A stretch of DNA of 64,000 nucleotides from an uncultured bacterium (GCA_963710755.1 CAVQBK010000001.1:256001-320000); one strand, 5' to 3'. Shown: positions 1 to 11,140, counted from the first letter of the stretch. Translations and numbers: made by a program. The notes: generated from the letters alone by a model not told the origin.

Positions 1-1
1 G

Positions 2-349
2 CACCCAAGTCTGCCTGACCAAACCGAAAACAGCGAACTGCTTACCAATATAGTGGTGGCCTTGGCCAGACTGGTTTGCCCTCAGTCCAACATTCCTGCC
101 ACCACTGCTCTGGCCACGGTCAATAAGGCACAAGGGCGCGAGCTGGCCTTGAACCATGGGGCCAATGTGGTTATGCCCAATTTAACGCCCGCTGCATTCC
201 GTGCCCATTATGACATTTATCCCAATAAAGCCTGTATTGATGAAACCGCGGAGATCTGTCACAGCTGCATAAAAAACCGAATTTTGTCTTTAGGAAGAAG
301 TCTGGGTAAAGGTCCAGGTAGTCGTATTAGAAACGCTTTTTCCACATAA
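2..349 (+). CDS. hydE: [FeFe]-hydrogenase maturase HydE, C-terminal part (5'-truncated by window)
   Basis: Frame open from base 2; motifs IPATTAL, GANVVMPNLTP and YDIYPNK..C match the HydE C-terminus; aspA and hydF lie downstream. Confidence 0.9.
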   Translation, partial: HPSLPDQTENSELLTNIVVALARLVCPQSNIPATTALATVNKAQGRELALNHGANVVMPNLTPAAFRAHYDIYPNKACIDETAEICHSCIKNRILSLGRSLGKGPGSRIRNAFST

Positions 350-416
350 TAATATAATAGTTATGTCTATGTTATTTATAATTCTAATTAATCAACTTAA
401 ACGACACTATTTTGAT

Positions 417-824
417 GTGACACACTAAATTAAATTGATTTTATTATTATCTTTTTATACAAAATACACTTATTAATGATTATTCCTTATTGTATATCTT
501 TTATTAAAGCTATTTTTTTATTACAAAAGCAAGCTGCTTGGCATTTTTTTATCTATTTTTTCAATGATAGGCCTAAATGGTGGGTACAGGCCTATGGCTT
601 CATTAAAGTTTATTAGGACAAGTGCCTTATGTTTTACAGATTTTTTTCAATACCGCCCTAGGGCTAGAAATAACATCAGGGAGGTTTAAAAATAAAAAGC
701 GGTCTTTATGCAACAAGAACTAACCATTTAATAAATTAAGTACCTTTTTCATGGCCGTTACACCATCTTGATATTATCTTTAATTTAATATAATTAAATA
801 GCATTAAAAACAGTGACACACTAA
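417..824. repeat. 12-bp direct repeat GTGACACACTAA (417-428, 813-824) in an AT-rich spacer
   Basis: Exact duplicate seen in sequence; function unknown. Confidence 0.5.
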
Positions 825-1122
825 TTATAACCAAATTATTTTACATATTTTAACTAAATATTGATAAATATATAATCATACTTATCGGAATATCATTTAT
901 CATATTAGGTGTATTAAAAACATTAATTTTTCCAATTGATATTAATTAATAATTGATAACTAAGGTTATTGACCCAAGTCGAAAAGAATGTGTAAAAAAT
1001 AAAAGTTCTCCGAAAATAAACGATCCAGGGAAAAATTAAAGTAAAGCTTTAAATAATTTAATTATTAATTGAATTTAATATGTTTAAATATTAATGTTAA
1101 CATATAACTAGAAGGATAAATT

Positions 1123-2529
1123 ATGACCGAACGCATTGAACAGGACATGTTAGGCAATACTTCAATACCAGAAAATGCTCTTTGGGGCATTCATGCCCAG
1201 AGAGCTTTTGACAATTTTAATCTTTCTTCAAAAAAAATCCCTAAAAGTCTTATTTATGGCTTTGGTGCTGTTAAATTAGCTTGTGCTAAAACCAATCATA
1301 AACTTGGTTATATTGATGATGATAAAATGATATATATTGAAAAAGCTTGTATAGAATTGATGAATGGGCAATGGGATGACCAAATTATTGTTCATCCTAT
1401 GCAAGGTGGGGCTGGAACAAGTACCAATATGAATATCAATGAAGTGATTGCCAATCGCGTCCTGCAATTAATGGGAAAAACACTTGGTGACTATCAGTTT
1501 TGCGATCCCATTGAAGAGATCAATCTTCACCAATCCACCAATGATACCTATCCAACGTCATTACGCGTTTCGGCGTACCAGCAATTGAACTTACTCGAAG
1601 AGGCGGTTGTTCATCTTCACCAGGAAATGGAAACCAAGGAAAGACAGTATGCCCATGTCCTCAAGGTGGGCAGAACAGAACTAATGGATGCCTTGCCTAC
1701 CACGTTCGGGAGAACCTTCGGCGCATGGGCAGAGGCCTTAGGGCGAGATCGCTGGCGCATTTTTAAATGCAAGGAACGACTGCGTGTCATCAATCTGGGC
1801 GGCACTGCCATTGGTACCGGGCTGGGCGCGCCCCGTGAATATATTTTTCACGTGGACGCCATGCTGCGTGACATCACAGGGTTGCCTCTGAGCAGAGCTG
1901 AAAATTTAATGGATGCCACCCAGAACCAGGACGCCTTGGTGGAGGTGATGGGCATCCTAAAAACGCACGCCACCAATTTGATGAAAATCGCAGGAGACTT
2001 GAAGCTGTTGGCCATGGGACCGGAAACCGGACTCAACGAAATTACGCTGCCTGCACTTCAGGCCGGTTCCTCACTTATGCCCGGGAAAGTCAACCCGGTA
2101 ATTCCGGAAATGGTGACCCAGGTGGCTATTGAAGTAATGGCTTCGGACCAGGCGATAACTTTAGGCGTCAGTTTAGGCCAGCTGGAATTGAACGCCCAGT
2201 TGCCATTGGTGGCCATGCATCTATTGGAATCGTTGGAGCTTTTAATTTCAGCCAATTACCTCATGGCCACGAAATGCATACAAGGACTCCGTGTCAATGA
2301 AGCTTATTGTGAAAACAAAGCACGCAAGAGTTCGGCCTTAGCTACTGCTTTGATCCCTTTGCTTGGTTATCATCAAGCCGGCAAAATTGCAGCGCTGATG
2401 CAGGAGCAGGCGTTGAGTTTGGAAGCTGCGGCAGAACGCATTGCCGGTTTATCTCCAGCCCAGTGCGCCGAATGGTTGACCCCGGAAGCCCTAAATGCTC
2501 TGGGCCATCATCTTAAGAGGAGCGTTTAA
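1123..2529 (+). CDS. aspA: Aspartate ammonia-lyase
   Basis: QGGAGTSTNMN, QSTNDTYPT, GRTELMDA and the GSSLMPGKVNP fumarate-lyase signature; SD GAAGGA. Confidence 0.93.
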   Translation: MTERIEQDMLGNTSIPENALWGIHAQRAFDNFNLSSKKIPKSLIYGFGAVKLACAKTNHKLGYIDDDKMIYIEKACIELMNGQWDDQIIVHPMQGGAGTSTNMNINEVIANRVLQLMGKTLGDYQFCDPIEEINLHQSTNDTYPTSLRVSAYQQLNLLEEAVVHLHQEMETKERQYAHVLKVGRTELMDALPTTFGRTFGAWAEALGRDRWRIFKCKERLRVINLGGTAIGTGLGAPREYIFHVDAMLRDITGLPLSRAENLMDATQNQDALVEVMGILKTHATNLMKIAGDLKLLAMGPETGLNEITLPALQAGSSLMPGKVNPVIPEMVTQVAIEVMASDQAITLGVSLGQLELNAQLPLVAMHLLESLELLISANYLMATKCIQGLRVNEAYCENKARKSSALATALIPLLGYHQAGKIAALMQEQALSLEAAAERIAGLSPAQCAEWLTPEALNALGHHLKRSV

Positions 2530-2531
2530 TC

Positions 2532-3005
2532 GTGGTCGACCAGCATGCTTACTTCATGAAAAAGGCTATAAATAAGGCTAAAATAGGCATTTCCAAAGGA
2601 CAGACACCTTTCGGTGCTTGCCTGGTTATTAAAGGTCAAGTGATAGTGGCTGCTCATAACCAAGTGTGGGCCACAACGGATATAACCGCCCATGCGGAAA
2701 TCACGGCCATCCGCAAAGCCTGCCGAAAACTAAACACCGTCGATTTAAGCGAAGCCGTGATCTACTCCACTTGCGAACCTTGTCCCATGTGTTTCAGTGC
2801 CATCCATTGGGCGCGCATTCCGGCTATCATTTACGGAGCCGCCATTGGCGATGCCAAGGCCTATGGCTTCAATGAACTGGCCATCAGTAATACCCGCATG
2901 AAAGCCGCCGGTCAAAGTCCCATCCATATCACCAGCGGTGTGGAACGCAAGGCTGTAATGGAGTTGTTTGAACAATGGCAGCAGTTGCAGCCAAGAACGT
3001 ACTAA
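2532..3005 (+). CDS. Zn-dependent nucleoside/guanine deaminase
   Basis: PFGA, HAE, and EPCPMC..AIHWARI motifs. Confidence 0.88.
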   Translation: MVDQHAYFMKKAINKAKIGISKGQTPFGACLVIKGQVIVAAHNQVWATTDITAHAEITAIRKACRKLNTVDLSEAVIYSTCEPCPMCFSAIHWARIPAIIYGAAIGDAKAYGFNELAISNTRMKAAGQSPIHITSGVERKAVMELFEQWQQLQPRTY

Positions 3006-3087
3006 AATTACAATAATGTAACCAAAACTCTCTTTTCCTTTTAAAATAAGGTTATTTCATGATCGCAAGAAGGCGAGGAAGTCCATT

Positions 3088-4305
3088 ATGCACGAAAAAG
3101 CCCCCCTGAGTTTGCACTTGCACATCGGTTTATTTGGCCAACGCAATGTCGGTAAATCATCCTTGCTCAACGCTCTTACACAGCAAGATGTGGCTATCGT
3201 AGATGCCACACCGGGCACGACCACGGACGTGGTCTCCAAAGCCATGGAATTAAAACCAATCGGTCCGGTTATATTTTTGGATACCGCCGGACTTGACGAT
3301 CAAGGCACGCTTGGTTATAAGCGCGTGGAAAAAACCATGAGCGCTTTAGACCGCACGGACTTGGCACTGGTTGTTTGCGACGGCGTTTGGAGTCCTGACT
3401 TGGAGCCGCTTAGGCGCGAACTGCAGGCACGTGCCATACCCAGCGTGTTGGTTTTTAACAAAGCTGATTTATATGATGACACACGACCATTACTGGAGGA
3501 CCTTGCTTCCTGGACACCCTACCAAGTTAAGGTCTCAGCCAAAACCCAAGCAGGCATGGATGATTTGCGTCAAGCCATTGTGGCGGCAACCCCAAAAAGT
3601 TTTTTTGAAAACCCACCCATTCTGTCCGATCTCATCGGCCCCGGGGATCTGGTGATCATGGTCGTCCCCATTGATTTGGAGGCGCCCAAGGGCAGGCTCA
3701 TTATGCCCCAGGTGCAAACGTTGCGCGAAATCTTGGATTGCGATGCCAAAGCGCTGGTGGTCAAGGAAAGGGAATTGAGTGATGCTTTGAACAATCTCAA
3801 ACAGCCGCCGCGTCTGGTGATTACCGACTCCCAGGCCATCTTAAAAGTGGCGGCTGACGTTCCTCCCGGCATACCCCTCACGGGATTTTCCGTGCTCTTT
3901 GCGCGTTGGAAAGGGGACCTGGAAACCTTTCTGCAGGGCTTGAGCCGTCTCGATGATCTTCACCCTGGAGACCATGTGCTTTTATTGGAGTCCTGCACCC
4001 ATCATCCTGTTGAAGATGACATCGGCCGCGTTAAAATCCCACGCTGGCTCCGGCAATACACCGGCGCTGATCTGCATTTTGATCATCATGCCGGACACGA
4101 TCTGCCTGCGGACTTATCCCCGTATCGCATGATTATTCATTGCGGGGCGTGCATGGGCAACCGGCGGGAAATGCTCAGCCGTATTCTAAAAGCCAAAGCC
4201 GCCGGGGTGCCCATTTCCAATTATGGCTTGGTGATCGCCAAATCGCTGGGTATCCTTCAACGCATGCTCTCGCCATTTCCGCATCTGCAGAGCCTGGTAG
4301 AATAG
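3088..4305 (+). CDS. hydF: [FeFe]-hydrogenase maturation GTPase HydF
   Basis: GQRNVGKSS P-loop, GTTTD, DTAG, NKAD, PKGRLIMPQ, CTHH and HCGACM. Confidence 0.96.
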   Translation: MHEKAPLSLHLHIGLFGQRNVGKSSLLNALTQQDVAIVDATPGTTTDVVSKAMELKPIGPVIFLDTAGLDDQGTLGYKRVEKTMSALDRTDLALVVCDGVWSPDLEPLRRELQARAIPSVLVFNKADLYDDTRPLLEDLASWTPYQVKVSAKTQAGMDDLRQAIVAATPKSFFENPPILSDLIGPGDLVIMVVPIDLEAPKGRLIMPQVQTLREILDCDAKALVVKERELSDALNNLKQPPRLVITDSQAILKVAADVPPGIPLTGFSVLFARWKGDLETFLQGLSRLDDLHPGDHVLLLESCTHHPVEDDIGRVKIPRWLRQYTGADLHFDHHAGHDLPADLSPYRMIIHCGACMGNRREMLSRILKAKAAGVPISNYGLVIAKSLGILQRMLSPFPHLQSLVE

Positions 4306-4326
4306 GCTATCTTTTAAAAAAAAGCT

Positions 4327-5556
4327 GTGGTAAAATTTCGCCCTATGAGCACCCCACTGTTCCGAGCACCTCAACTGGGATGGTTCCTTCTGGCCGCGGC
4401 CCTGATCGGTTTGCTGCTTAGCTATATGGTGGACAGCTTGACCCAGCACAGTTTAAACAGCCTAATGCTGGCGGCTGTAGGGCTATTGAGCTCAAGCTTG
4501 CTGCTTTATTGGTGGCTTAGTAATTTTCTCCAAACTCATACGGTAGATTTATCCCAATTCTTTCAACCAAAGGTTGCTTCCCAAACTTTCACCTCCTGGC
4601 GTCATCGTCAACAGGAGCTGTTGCTTACCCGTGCCGGTGATCTAATGGCCTTGCATCAGCAGTTCCATGACCACAAGGCACTGGAACAGGATCACCACCA
4701 GGCTATGGAAGCCTCTCTGGCCTGTATCCAAGATTTTATTAACACGTACACCAAACAAGAAAAAACATTGATGTCGCGGTTCAAAAACATCAACGAAGGG
4801 GCCAAAGACGCGATCCGCCACTTAACAGAGATCAGTACGATCAACACCTCTTTGGTTGAAGCACTTTCTCAGATTGCCGATTCCACCAAGATTATGGCCA
4901 CCAATGCCAATAACACCGCTCAAACCGCCAGTGAGGGTATTAAAAGCGTGGGCCGCGAAATTCAAGCCATGAGTGATTTACGCGCCACGGTCGGCAACTC
5001 GGCCACTACGGTCAACGAGCTTAAAAATTTATCCCATCATATTGCTCATTTCGTAAATACCATCTCCGCCATCAGCAAACGCACCGAACTGCTGGCGCTC
5101 AATGCGGGTATCGAAGCCGCCCGGGCCGGGGAATACGGACGCGGGTTTTCGGTCGTGGCCGGTGAAATCCGAACCCTTTCCGAGAGTTCCAAGTCTGCAG
5201 CCAATGAAATCGTCCAGGTCATTTCTGAAATGAACATCAAAACCACGGAAGTGGTGGAGATCCTGAAGAACAACAACAAAATGGAAGAAAATATCAAGGT
5301 GGTATACAGTGCCGGTGATACCTTCATGAATATAGTCCGTGAGGTCAATAGTCTAAAAAAGGCGGTGGTTCAAGTCTCAGAGATTACCCGGGAGACTTCG
5401 GAGAAGACCCGCATGATGCTGACCATGCTTGATCAACTGGGCGAAAAAATAATTGTTGAACAAATCGGCAGCGATGACTATCATCTTCATGATGGCGGGA
5501 TGAATATCCATGCCATCGTTACGGCTTGTGAAACCATTAAGGATCATTTAGGGTGA
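4327..5556 (+). CDS. Methyl-accepting chemotaxis protein
   Basis: Two N-terminal TM segments; hairpin [28 protein letters not shown]; alternative ATG at 4345. Confidence 0.9.
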   Translation: MVKFRPMSTPLFRAPQLGWFLLAAALIGLLLSYMVDSLTQHSLNSLMLAAVGLLSSSLLLYWWLSNFLQTHTVDLSQFFQPKVASQTFTSWRHRQQELLLTRAGDLMALHQQFHDHKALEQDHHQAMEASLACIQDFINTYTKQEKTLMSRFKNINEGAKDAIRHLTEISTINTSLVEALSQIADSTKIMATNANNTAQTASEGIKSVGREIQAMSDLRATVGNSATTVNELKNLSHHIAHFVNTISAISKRTELLALNAGIEAARAGEYGRGFSVVAGEIRTLSESSKSAANEIVQVISEMNIKTTEVVEILKNNNKMEENIKVVYSAGDTFMNIVREVNSLKKAVVQVSEITRETSEKTRMMLTMLDQLGEKIIVEQIGSDDYHLHDGGMNIHAIVTACETIKDHLG

Positions 5557-5604
5557 CCCGTGGCGGCGAGCCTGGCAACAGAGGACTAACGGGGGAGGGA
5601 ACAA

Positions 5605-5955
5605 ATGCCAGAGATCGAAACCTTCATAAAAAAAACAGGACCAGGCGACAGCATTGATGTTATTCAGGTCAGCGGTATAATTGATACCAACACCTCGCAA
5701 CACTTAAATAAAGTCATAAGCAGTCTTTTGACCTCACAGCATTATAAAATCGTGGTGGACTTGGAAAACGTCAATTATATCAGCAGTGCCGGCTGGGGAA
5801 TTTTCATCGGTGAGATTCGCACCATACAATCCAACCACGGCGACCTTAAACTGGCAGCCCTGACACCGGAAGTTGAGGAAGTCTATCAACTGTTGGAATT
5901 TTACAATATTCTTAAGGCTTACGATTCGGTAGACCAAGCAGTTGCGGATTTTTAA
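5605..5955 (+). CDS. STAS-domain anti-sigma factor antagonist
   Basis: IVVDLENVNYISSAGWG phospho-Ser motif; 116 aa; SD GGAGG. Confidence 0.92.
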   Translation: MPEIETFIKKTGPGDSIDVIQVSGIIDTNTSQHLNKVISSLLTSQHYKIVVDLENVNYISSAGWGIFIGEIRTIQSNHGDLKLAALTPEVEEVYQLLEFYNILKAYDSVDQAVADF

Positions 5956-5966
5956 AAAGAACTGAC

Positions 5967-6611
5967 ATGTCCGGATTACATCTGCATCATCTGACCATCG
6001 GTTGGTTGGAAACCAATTGTTATATTGTCTTTGACCGTCACACCTCGACTGCCATCGTGGTCGATCCCGGGGCTGATGATCTCCGTGTCACCGACTTTAT
6101 CCAATCGCGCCATCTCCAAGTCACCAGCATCATCAATACTCATGGGCACGGTGATCACATTGCGGGTAATGCCGCCCTGAGTCAGGCTTGTCAATGCCCC
6201 ATCTGGATCCATGCCCTGGACCAAGCAGCTTTGCAGGATCCTCGGCAAAATTTATCGGCCTTGATGGGGGCGGCAGTAAGCTCACCGCCTGCATCCAGAA
6301 CCATAGCCGATGGGGATACCATCGGCCTGGGCAGGCATACCCTGCAGGTGTTGCATACACCCGGTCACTCGCCCGGGTCCATTTGTTTACTAAGTGACCA
6401 TTGGTTGATCAGCGGGGACACCTTATTTTACCGATCCGTGGGGCGTACTGATTTACCCGGCGGAAACAGTGAAGCGCTCAGAACCAGCTTGCGGGAAAAA
6501 CTGCTGCCGTTGCCTGACCATCTCCACGTATGGCCCGGTCATGGGCCGGCTACCACCATGGGGCAAGAGCGTCGGCTCAATGCCTATCTTAAAGGGGGAA
6601 AATTATCATGA
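5967..6611 (+). CDS. MBL-fold metallo-hydrolase (glyoxalase II-like)
   Basis: THGHGDHI, HTPGHSPG, SGDTLF and PGHG motifs. Confidence 0.93.
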   Translation: MSGLHLHHLTIGWLETNCYIVFDRHTSTAIVVDPGADDLRVTDFIQSRHLQVTSIINTHGHGDHIAGNAALSQACQCPIWIHALDQAALQDPRQNLSALMGAAVSSPPASRTIADGDTIGLGRHTLQVLHTPGHSPGSICLLSDHWLISGDTLFYRSVGRTDLPGGNSEALRTSLREKLLPLPDHLHVWPGHGPATTMGQERRLNAYLKGGKLS

Positions 6612-7360
6612 CATCCAAATCTTTGATCTTGGTCCTCATGTTGGCCGTTTTATTTGTTTTTCCGTACCAACCCCTCCGGGCGGAAGACCAGCCGGAAACG
6701 CCCGCTTGGTCCGGCAACCAAGATGCATCTATGGACCTCAACTTGTCCAATCTCCGGGCTTTCCACGAAGGGGCCATTTTTATGTTGAAACGTTATGCCA
6801 TCTTGGAAGCGGAGGTTCGGGCGCTGGAAAAAGGGCGTCAGGAAAACCAGGCTTTTGCCATTGGTGCGGTATCACTGGTCCCCGGGACCGGCCAACTCAT
6901 CAACCACGATTATGAAACCGGGGGCTTGATGTTGTTTACCACCACCCTCTCTTGGACCACGGTACAGCAACTTGCTTATACCAAGAAAAAACAACAGCAA
7001 CATCTGGATCTGTTGCCTTATTATTATCTTTCCCTGGCTGTTAAAAATGGCGTGATGACTTATGCCATGCTGCACGCCGCCAACCAGCACTACCGTACCC
7101 ATCATGATAAAACCGCTGCCATGTGGACGGGCATGAGTTCCATGCTGCCCGGCGTCGGCCAGGCCATCAATGGGGCCTGGTGGGAAGCAGGTGGTTTTTT
7201 GGTCACCTGGTCTTTAGCGTCTCTTGTCAATGCAGCCTTGGAAGAGAAAATATTTGTTAATAGCGATGATAACTATCTGGTTCAGGACAAGTCTGCCCCT
7301 AACTGGTCCTTGGCTTTATTGCCCGGAGGGGCGCTGCTAGGATACACCCAACGGTGGTAG
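6608..7360 (+). CDS. Exported/membrane protein with two 'SxxPGxGQ' (TM2/DUF5683-like) repeats
   Basis: Signal peptide; SLVPGTGQLINHDY and SMLPGVGQAINGAW; ATGA overlap with upstream gene. Confidence 0.7.
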   Translation: MTSKSLILVLMLAVLFVFPYQPLRAEDQPETPAWSGNQDASMDLNLSNLRAFHEGAIFMLKRYAILEAEVRALEKGRQENQAFAIGAVSLVPGTGQLINHDYETGGLMLFTTTLSWTTVQQLAYTKKKQQQHLDLLPYYYLSLAVKNGVMTYAMLHAANQHYRTHHDKTAAMWTGMSSMLPGVGQAINGAWWEAGGFLVTWSLASLVNAALEEKIFVNSDDNYLVQDKSAPNWSLALLPGGALLGYTQRW

Positions 7361-7453
7361 ATCATCCACCGGCAGCTTCATAGCGGCCAACTTTTGGCTT
7401 GTGCCTGTATCTTTTGGTTTGTCCAATCCTGTCACTTATAAAGAGGCCCTGTT

Positions 7454-9274
7454 ATGTCCCATATTCAAGTTTTACCGGAATCCCTATCCAATTTGATTGC
7501 TGCCGGCGAGGTGGTGGAACGCCCTGCTTCAGTGGTTAAAGAGTTGGTGGAAAACGCCATTGACGCCGGGGCCACCCAAATTGAGATTGAGATCCAACAT
7601 GCCGGCCAAACGCTGATCAAAATCACGGACAATGGCCATGGTATGAATGAAGAAGATGCCCGGCTGGCGTTCATCCGTCATGCCACCAGCAAGGTCCGTC
7701 AAAAGGAAGATCTTCGTCACATCATGACCATGGGGTTTCGCGGGGAAGCGTTGCCTTCCATTGCTGCGGTCTCTAAAGTAACCTTGTCCACCTGCCTGCA
7801 GAACAGTACTCTGGGCGTGGAACTCAGCGTTCACGGCGGACGGGAAGTGACAGCCAAAGCCGTGGGACGCGCATCCGGCACCACCATCATCGTGCGTGAT
7901 CTTTTTTACAATACCCCGGCGCGAAAAAAATTCCTTAAAAGTGCTGCCACCGAACAAGGCCATATCACCCAACTGGTGGAGCACATGGCGATCGTCCATT
8001 TGGCCCTTGGCTTTAGCTATAAAGTCGATCACCGGGTGGTCCTGCAATGCACACCAGCTTCGGATTTAAGGGAGCGGCTGGCTGCGATCTACCATAAAGC
8101 CCTGCCCGAACCTTTATACCAAGTGGAACAAGAGGCGGGTGGGGTCTGGGTAAAGGGATTGGTGGCCGGTCCTCAAGTGGTTCGGCCTACGCGGCAAAAC
8201 ATTAAACTCTTCGTCAACCAGCGACCTATTGAGCATAGAAGCCTGACCCATGCGGTGGTGCAGGCCTACCGCACTTTAATTCCGGAGGGGAAATTTCCTA
8301 CGGCCTTCCTTCTGATCACCATGCCTCCTGAATTGGTGGATGTCAACGTCCATCCTGCCAAAAGAGAAGTGAAATTCCAGGATGAGTCGGCCATGCACCA
8401 GGTCGTTTACCGGGCGGTCAAAAATGCCTTGCAACAGCTCCAAACTATTTCTGCCAACCCACAGCCTCAGGGAGACAAAACTGGATTGACCGGTTCCGGC
8501 CAGGATGAAGATTATCAACGGCAGTCCCTCAATCTCAACTGGTCCGGGTCCAGGATCAAAGAATCCGTCGCCACCTATTATCGTCAAGCCGCACCTGCCG
8601 GCCGTACCCCGCAGTACTTTCCTAGGGAAAACACCATGCAGCAGGAACCCGGTGTCCGAGTCCCGCCGACGGGGGAGAACAAATCGTCTCCCTCATCGGG
8701 CCTGCGTATCCTGGGCCAGGTGGGCAGTATGTTTATTGCCGGGGAAGATGAAGAGGGCTTTTTTTTGGTGGATCAACATGCGGCTCATGAACGCCTGATT
8801 TACGAAGCTCTTAAAAAAAAGGGACCCGAAGGGACTGCCCGGCAACCGTTACTGTTGCCGATCACCTTTGAAAGCACCCCTTCCGACCAACCCCGGCTTA
8901 TGGCCTTACTAGAGTATTTTGCCCATCTTGGCGTGGAGATTTCACCTCTGGGCGGTACCACCTTCACCATACAATCTCAGCCCGCGTTATTGGAAAACCC
9001 CGATTTAAAAGGCCTTATTCAGGATGTACTTGATTACAGCGCCGCCTTTTCCACCTTGCCTGAGCAGGCGGCTTTGGAAGATAAAATCTTAATCAGCATG
9101 GCCTGTCACAGTGCCATCAAAGCCGGGGAAAGACTGCCGCTGGAGACCATGACCAACCTTATCCTTGACATGAAAACAATGCCCCATCTGCCTACTTGCC
9201 CTCATGGCCGGCCTACCATGTTCCGCCTGACCTGGGGAGATCTGGAAAAACTCTTCAAACGCGATTACCGCTGA
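7454..9274 (+). CDS. mutL: DNA mismatch repair protein MutL
   Basis: IAAGEVVERPASVVKELVEN, GFRGEAL, DVNVHPAK, DQHAAHER and CPHGRP. Confidence 0.98.
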   Translation: MSHIQVLPESLSNLIAAGEVVERPASVVKELVENAIDAGATQIEIEIQHAGQTLIKITDNGHGMNEEDARLAFIRHATSKVRQKEDLRHIMTMGFRGEALPSIAAVSKVTLSTCLQNSTLGVELSVHGGREVTAKAVGRASGTTIIVRDLFYNTPARKKFLKSAATEQGHITQLVEHMAIVHLALGFSYKVDHRVVLQCTPASDLRERLAAIYHKALPEPLYQVEQEAGGVWVKGLVAGPQVVRPTRQNIKLFVNQRPIEHRSLTHAVVQAYRTLIPEGKFPTAFLLITMPPELVDVNVHPAKREVKFQDESAMHQVVYRAVKNALQQLQTISANPQPQGDKTGLTGSGQDEDYQRQSLNLNWSGSRIKESVATYYRQAAPAGRTPQYFPRENTMQQEPGVRVPPTGENKSSPSSGLRILGQVGSMFIAGEDEEGFFLVDQHAAHERLIYEALKKKGPEGTARQPLLLPITFESTPSDQPRLMALLEYFAHLGVEISPLGGTTFTIQSQPALLENPDLKGLIQDVLDYSAAFSTLPEQAALEDKILISMACHSAIKAGERLPLETMTNLILDMKTMPHLPTCPHGRPTMFRLTWGDLEKLFKRDYR

Positions 9275-10236
9275 TGACGGCGTCATTATCCCAAGCACCG
9301 GTCATTGTGATCGCCGGGCCTACAGCCTCCGGCAAAAGTGCTTTTGCCGTTGAACTGGCCAAACGTCTGGGAGGCGAAATTATTTCCGCTGATTCCCGTC
9401 AGGTTTATCGCGACATCAACCTGGGAACGGGCAAACCGCCTGAACGTCTACTGCGCCAAGTACCGCATCACATGATCTCTACTCTGCCACTCACCGAGCC
9501 CATGAGCGCAGACCAGTACGCCTCTCAAGCTTATGGCTTGATCCAGACCCTGTCCCAACAAGGTAAACCCAGCCTGGTGGTCGGCGGCAGCGGCCTTTGG
9601 ATCCGGGCCTTGATTGACGGCTTGGCCCCCTTGCCCCCTAAAGACGACCACTTCCGTGCCACTAAAAAAGTTTGGAGTCAGACTCACGGCGGACCGCAGG
9701 CCCTTTATCAGGAATTGTCGGCCCTGGACCCTGAGACTGCCGATGGCATTAATCCTCACGATGAACTACGCATAATCCGGGCCCTTGAAATCTATCACCT
9801 CACCGGAGAACAACCTTCCCAGCTCAAGTCAAAAAAAAACAGCCGGCCCGCCTTGAATGCCATTTGGTTGGGACTGGACCACCCCCGGGAGGACCTTTAC
9901 CGACGAGCCGAAACCAATGTGGATCTTTGGCTGGCCCAAGGGTGGGTAAAAGAAGTGGAGCACTTGCTTAGGTCCATTCCCCAAGCACTGGAACAACCAG
10001 GATGCAAGGCCATTGGCATCCAGCCAATTGTGGACTACCTAAGTCATCGCTGCAGCTATGATGAAAGTGTGGCCCTGATCAAACGCGATACCCGGCGCTA
10101 TATTAAGCGCCAGCTAACCTGGTTCAAAAAAAATCAACGCCTACTTTGGCTCAGGCCTCATGAACTCCTACTGGCCTATGACCATATCCAGCGTTGGATG
10201 GCCAATCGCCCTCCCATCCTTCCTCTGCGATCTTGA
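9274..10236 (+). CDS. miaA: tRNA dimethylallyltransferase
   Basis: GPTASGKS, DSRQVY, VGGSGL, TRRYIKRQLTWF; ATG overlaps the mutL stop (TGATG). Confidence 0.96.
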   Translation: MTASLSQAPVIVIAGPTASGKSAFAVELAKRLGGEIISADSRQVYRDINLGTGKPPERLLRQVPHHMISTLPLTEPMSADQYASQAYGLIQTLSQQGKPSLVVGGSGLWIRALIDGLAPLPPKDDHFRATKKVWSQTHGGPQALYQELSALDPETADGINPHDELRIIRALEIYHLTGEQPSQLKSKKNSRPALNAIWLGLDHPREDLYRRAETNVDLWLAQGWVKEVEHLLRSIPQALEQPGCKAIGIQPIVDYLSHRCSYDESVALIKRDTRRYIKRQLTWFKKNQRLLWLRPHELLLAYDHIQRWMANRPPILPLRS

Positions 10237-10536
10237 ACCCTACACTTAATTCCTGTTGCAAAAAGAGCAGCGTTTTAGCTTACGCGATTGGCAAGGATAG
10301 CGGCCATACCCTTGAGCAGCCGAAAAACATATTTGCAGGGTACAGGCATCTCTTCTGCTAAAGTTTCGGAGGTCAAAGGTCTAAACCTTGCGAATAGCTG
10401 TTTTTCAATACTGCTCAAAGTTGAGATCGACCTCCCTGCCAGACATTTTGCTGACATGGTCTTTACGTAAGCGGAAGGCGTTTAAGTCCAGGCCTGCCTT
10501 TACCGATCCTGAGATGGGGGATGGGGGAGGTCCGCC

Positions 10537-11016
10537 ATGAGCGATGAAGTCAAGATCATGGAAGAAATCCGGGCTTTGTTTGGACTTGCTCTATATAACA
10601 GTCAACTTTTGGAAAAACAACTCATCCGTATGATCTTTGCGGCCAACCTGCAGGGCAAGCTTATCCAGAGTAATACAGACCTTAAAGAACGCTTCGAACA
10701 TTGCTTTAATCATACCTTGGCCCTGCTTCTCAATGACATGAAATTAACCTATGCTTTTGACGGGCATTTGGTGAACCACATCCACCACAGTCTTGATTTG
10801 CGCAACCGGTTTTCTTACAAATATTTGAGCAAGCAGACCAAAGAGCTCTTTTCTACTGAAGGAAGAATGACCATTTTAAAAGAGCTGGAAGAAGCCAGCC
10901 TTTATTACACCCAGACTAATCACTTACTCCGGGAGTGTCTTGACCATTATTTGGCCGACCATGGCATGGACCACCATCAACTGGAGCAAACCATAGCCGC
11001 TACATTTAAATCTTAG
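10537..11016 (+). CDS. Hypothetical helical protein
   Basis: 159-aa ORF with GGAGG SD. Confidence 0.7.
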   Translation: MSDEVKIMEEIRALFGLALYNSQLLEKQLIRMIFAANLQGKLIQSNTDLKERFEHCFNHTLALLLNDMKLTYAFDGHLVNHIHHSLDLRNRFSYKYLSKQTKELFSTEGRMTILKELEEASLYYTQTNHLLRECLDHYLADHGMDHHQLEQTIAATFKS

Positions 11017-11140
11017 TTGCATTCAATCTAATTCCTGCTTATTTCGGCACATAAGCTACCAATTTGGGACTTGTCATTAAAAGTTATTTGTGGTATTTCA
11101 TTAAAAACATAACCTGACCCAAAAAGGAGCACTCCCCACC

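Noticed and set aside
10237-10536. Possible riboswitch/sRNA or hfq after miaA (GGAGGTC/GACCTCC pairing; two 60-aa ORFs)
   Set aside because: No recognisable Rfam consensus; the ORFs lack homology cues and clear SDs; hfq is absent
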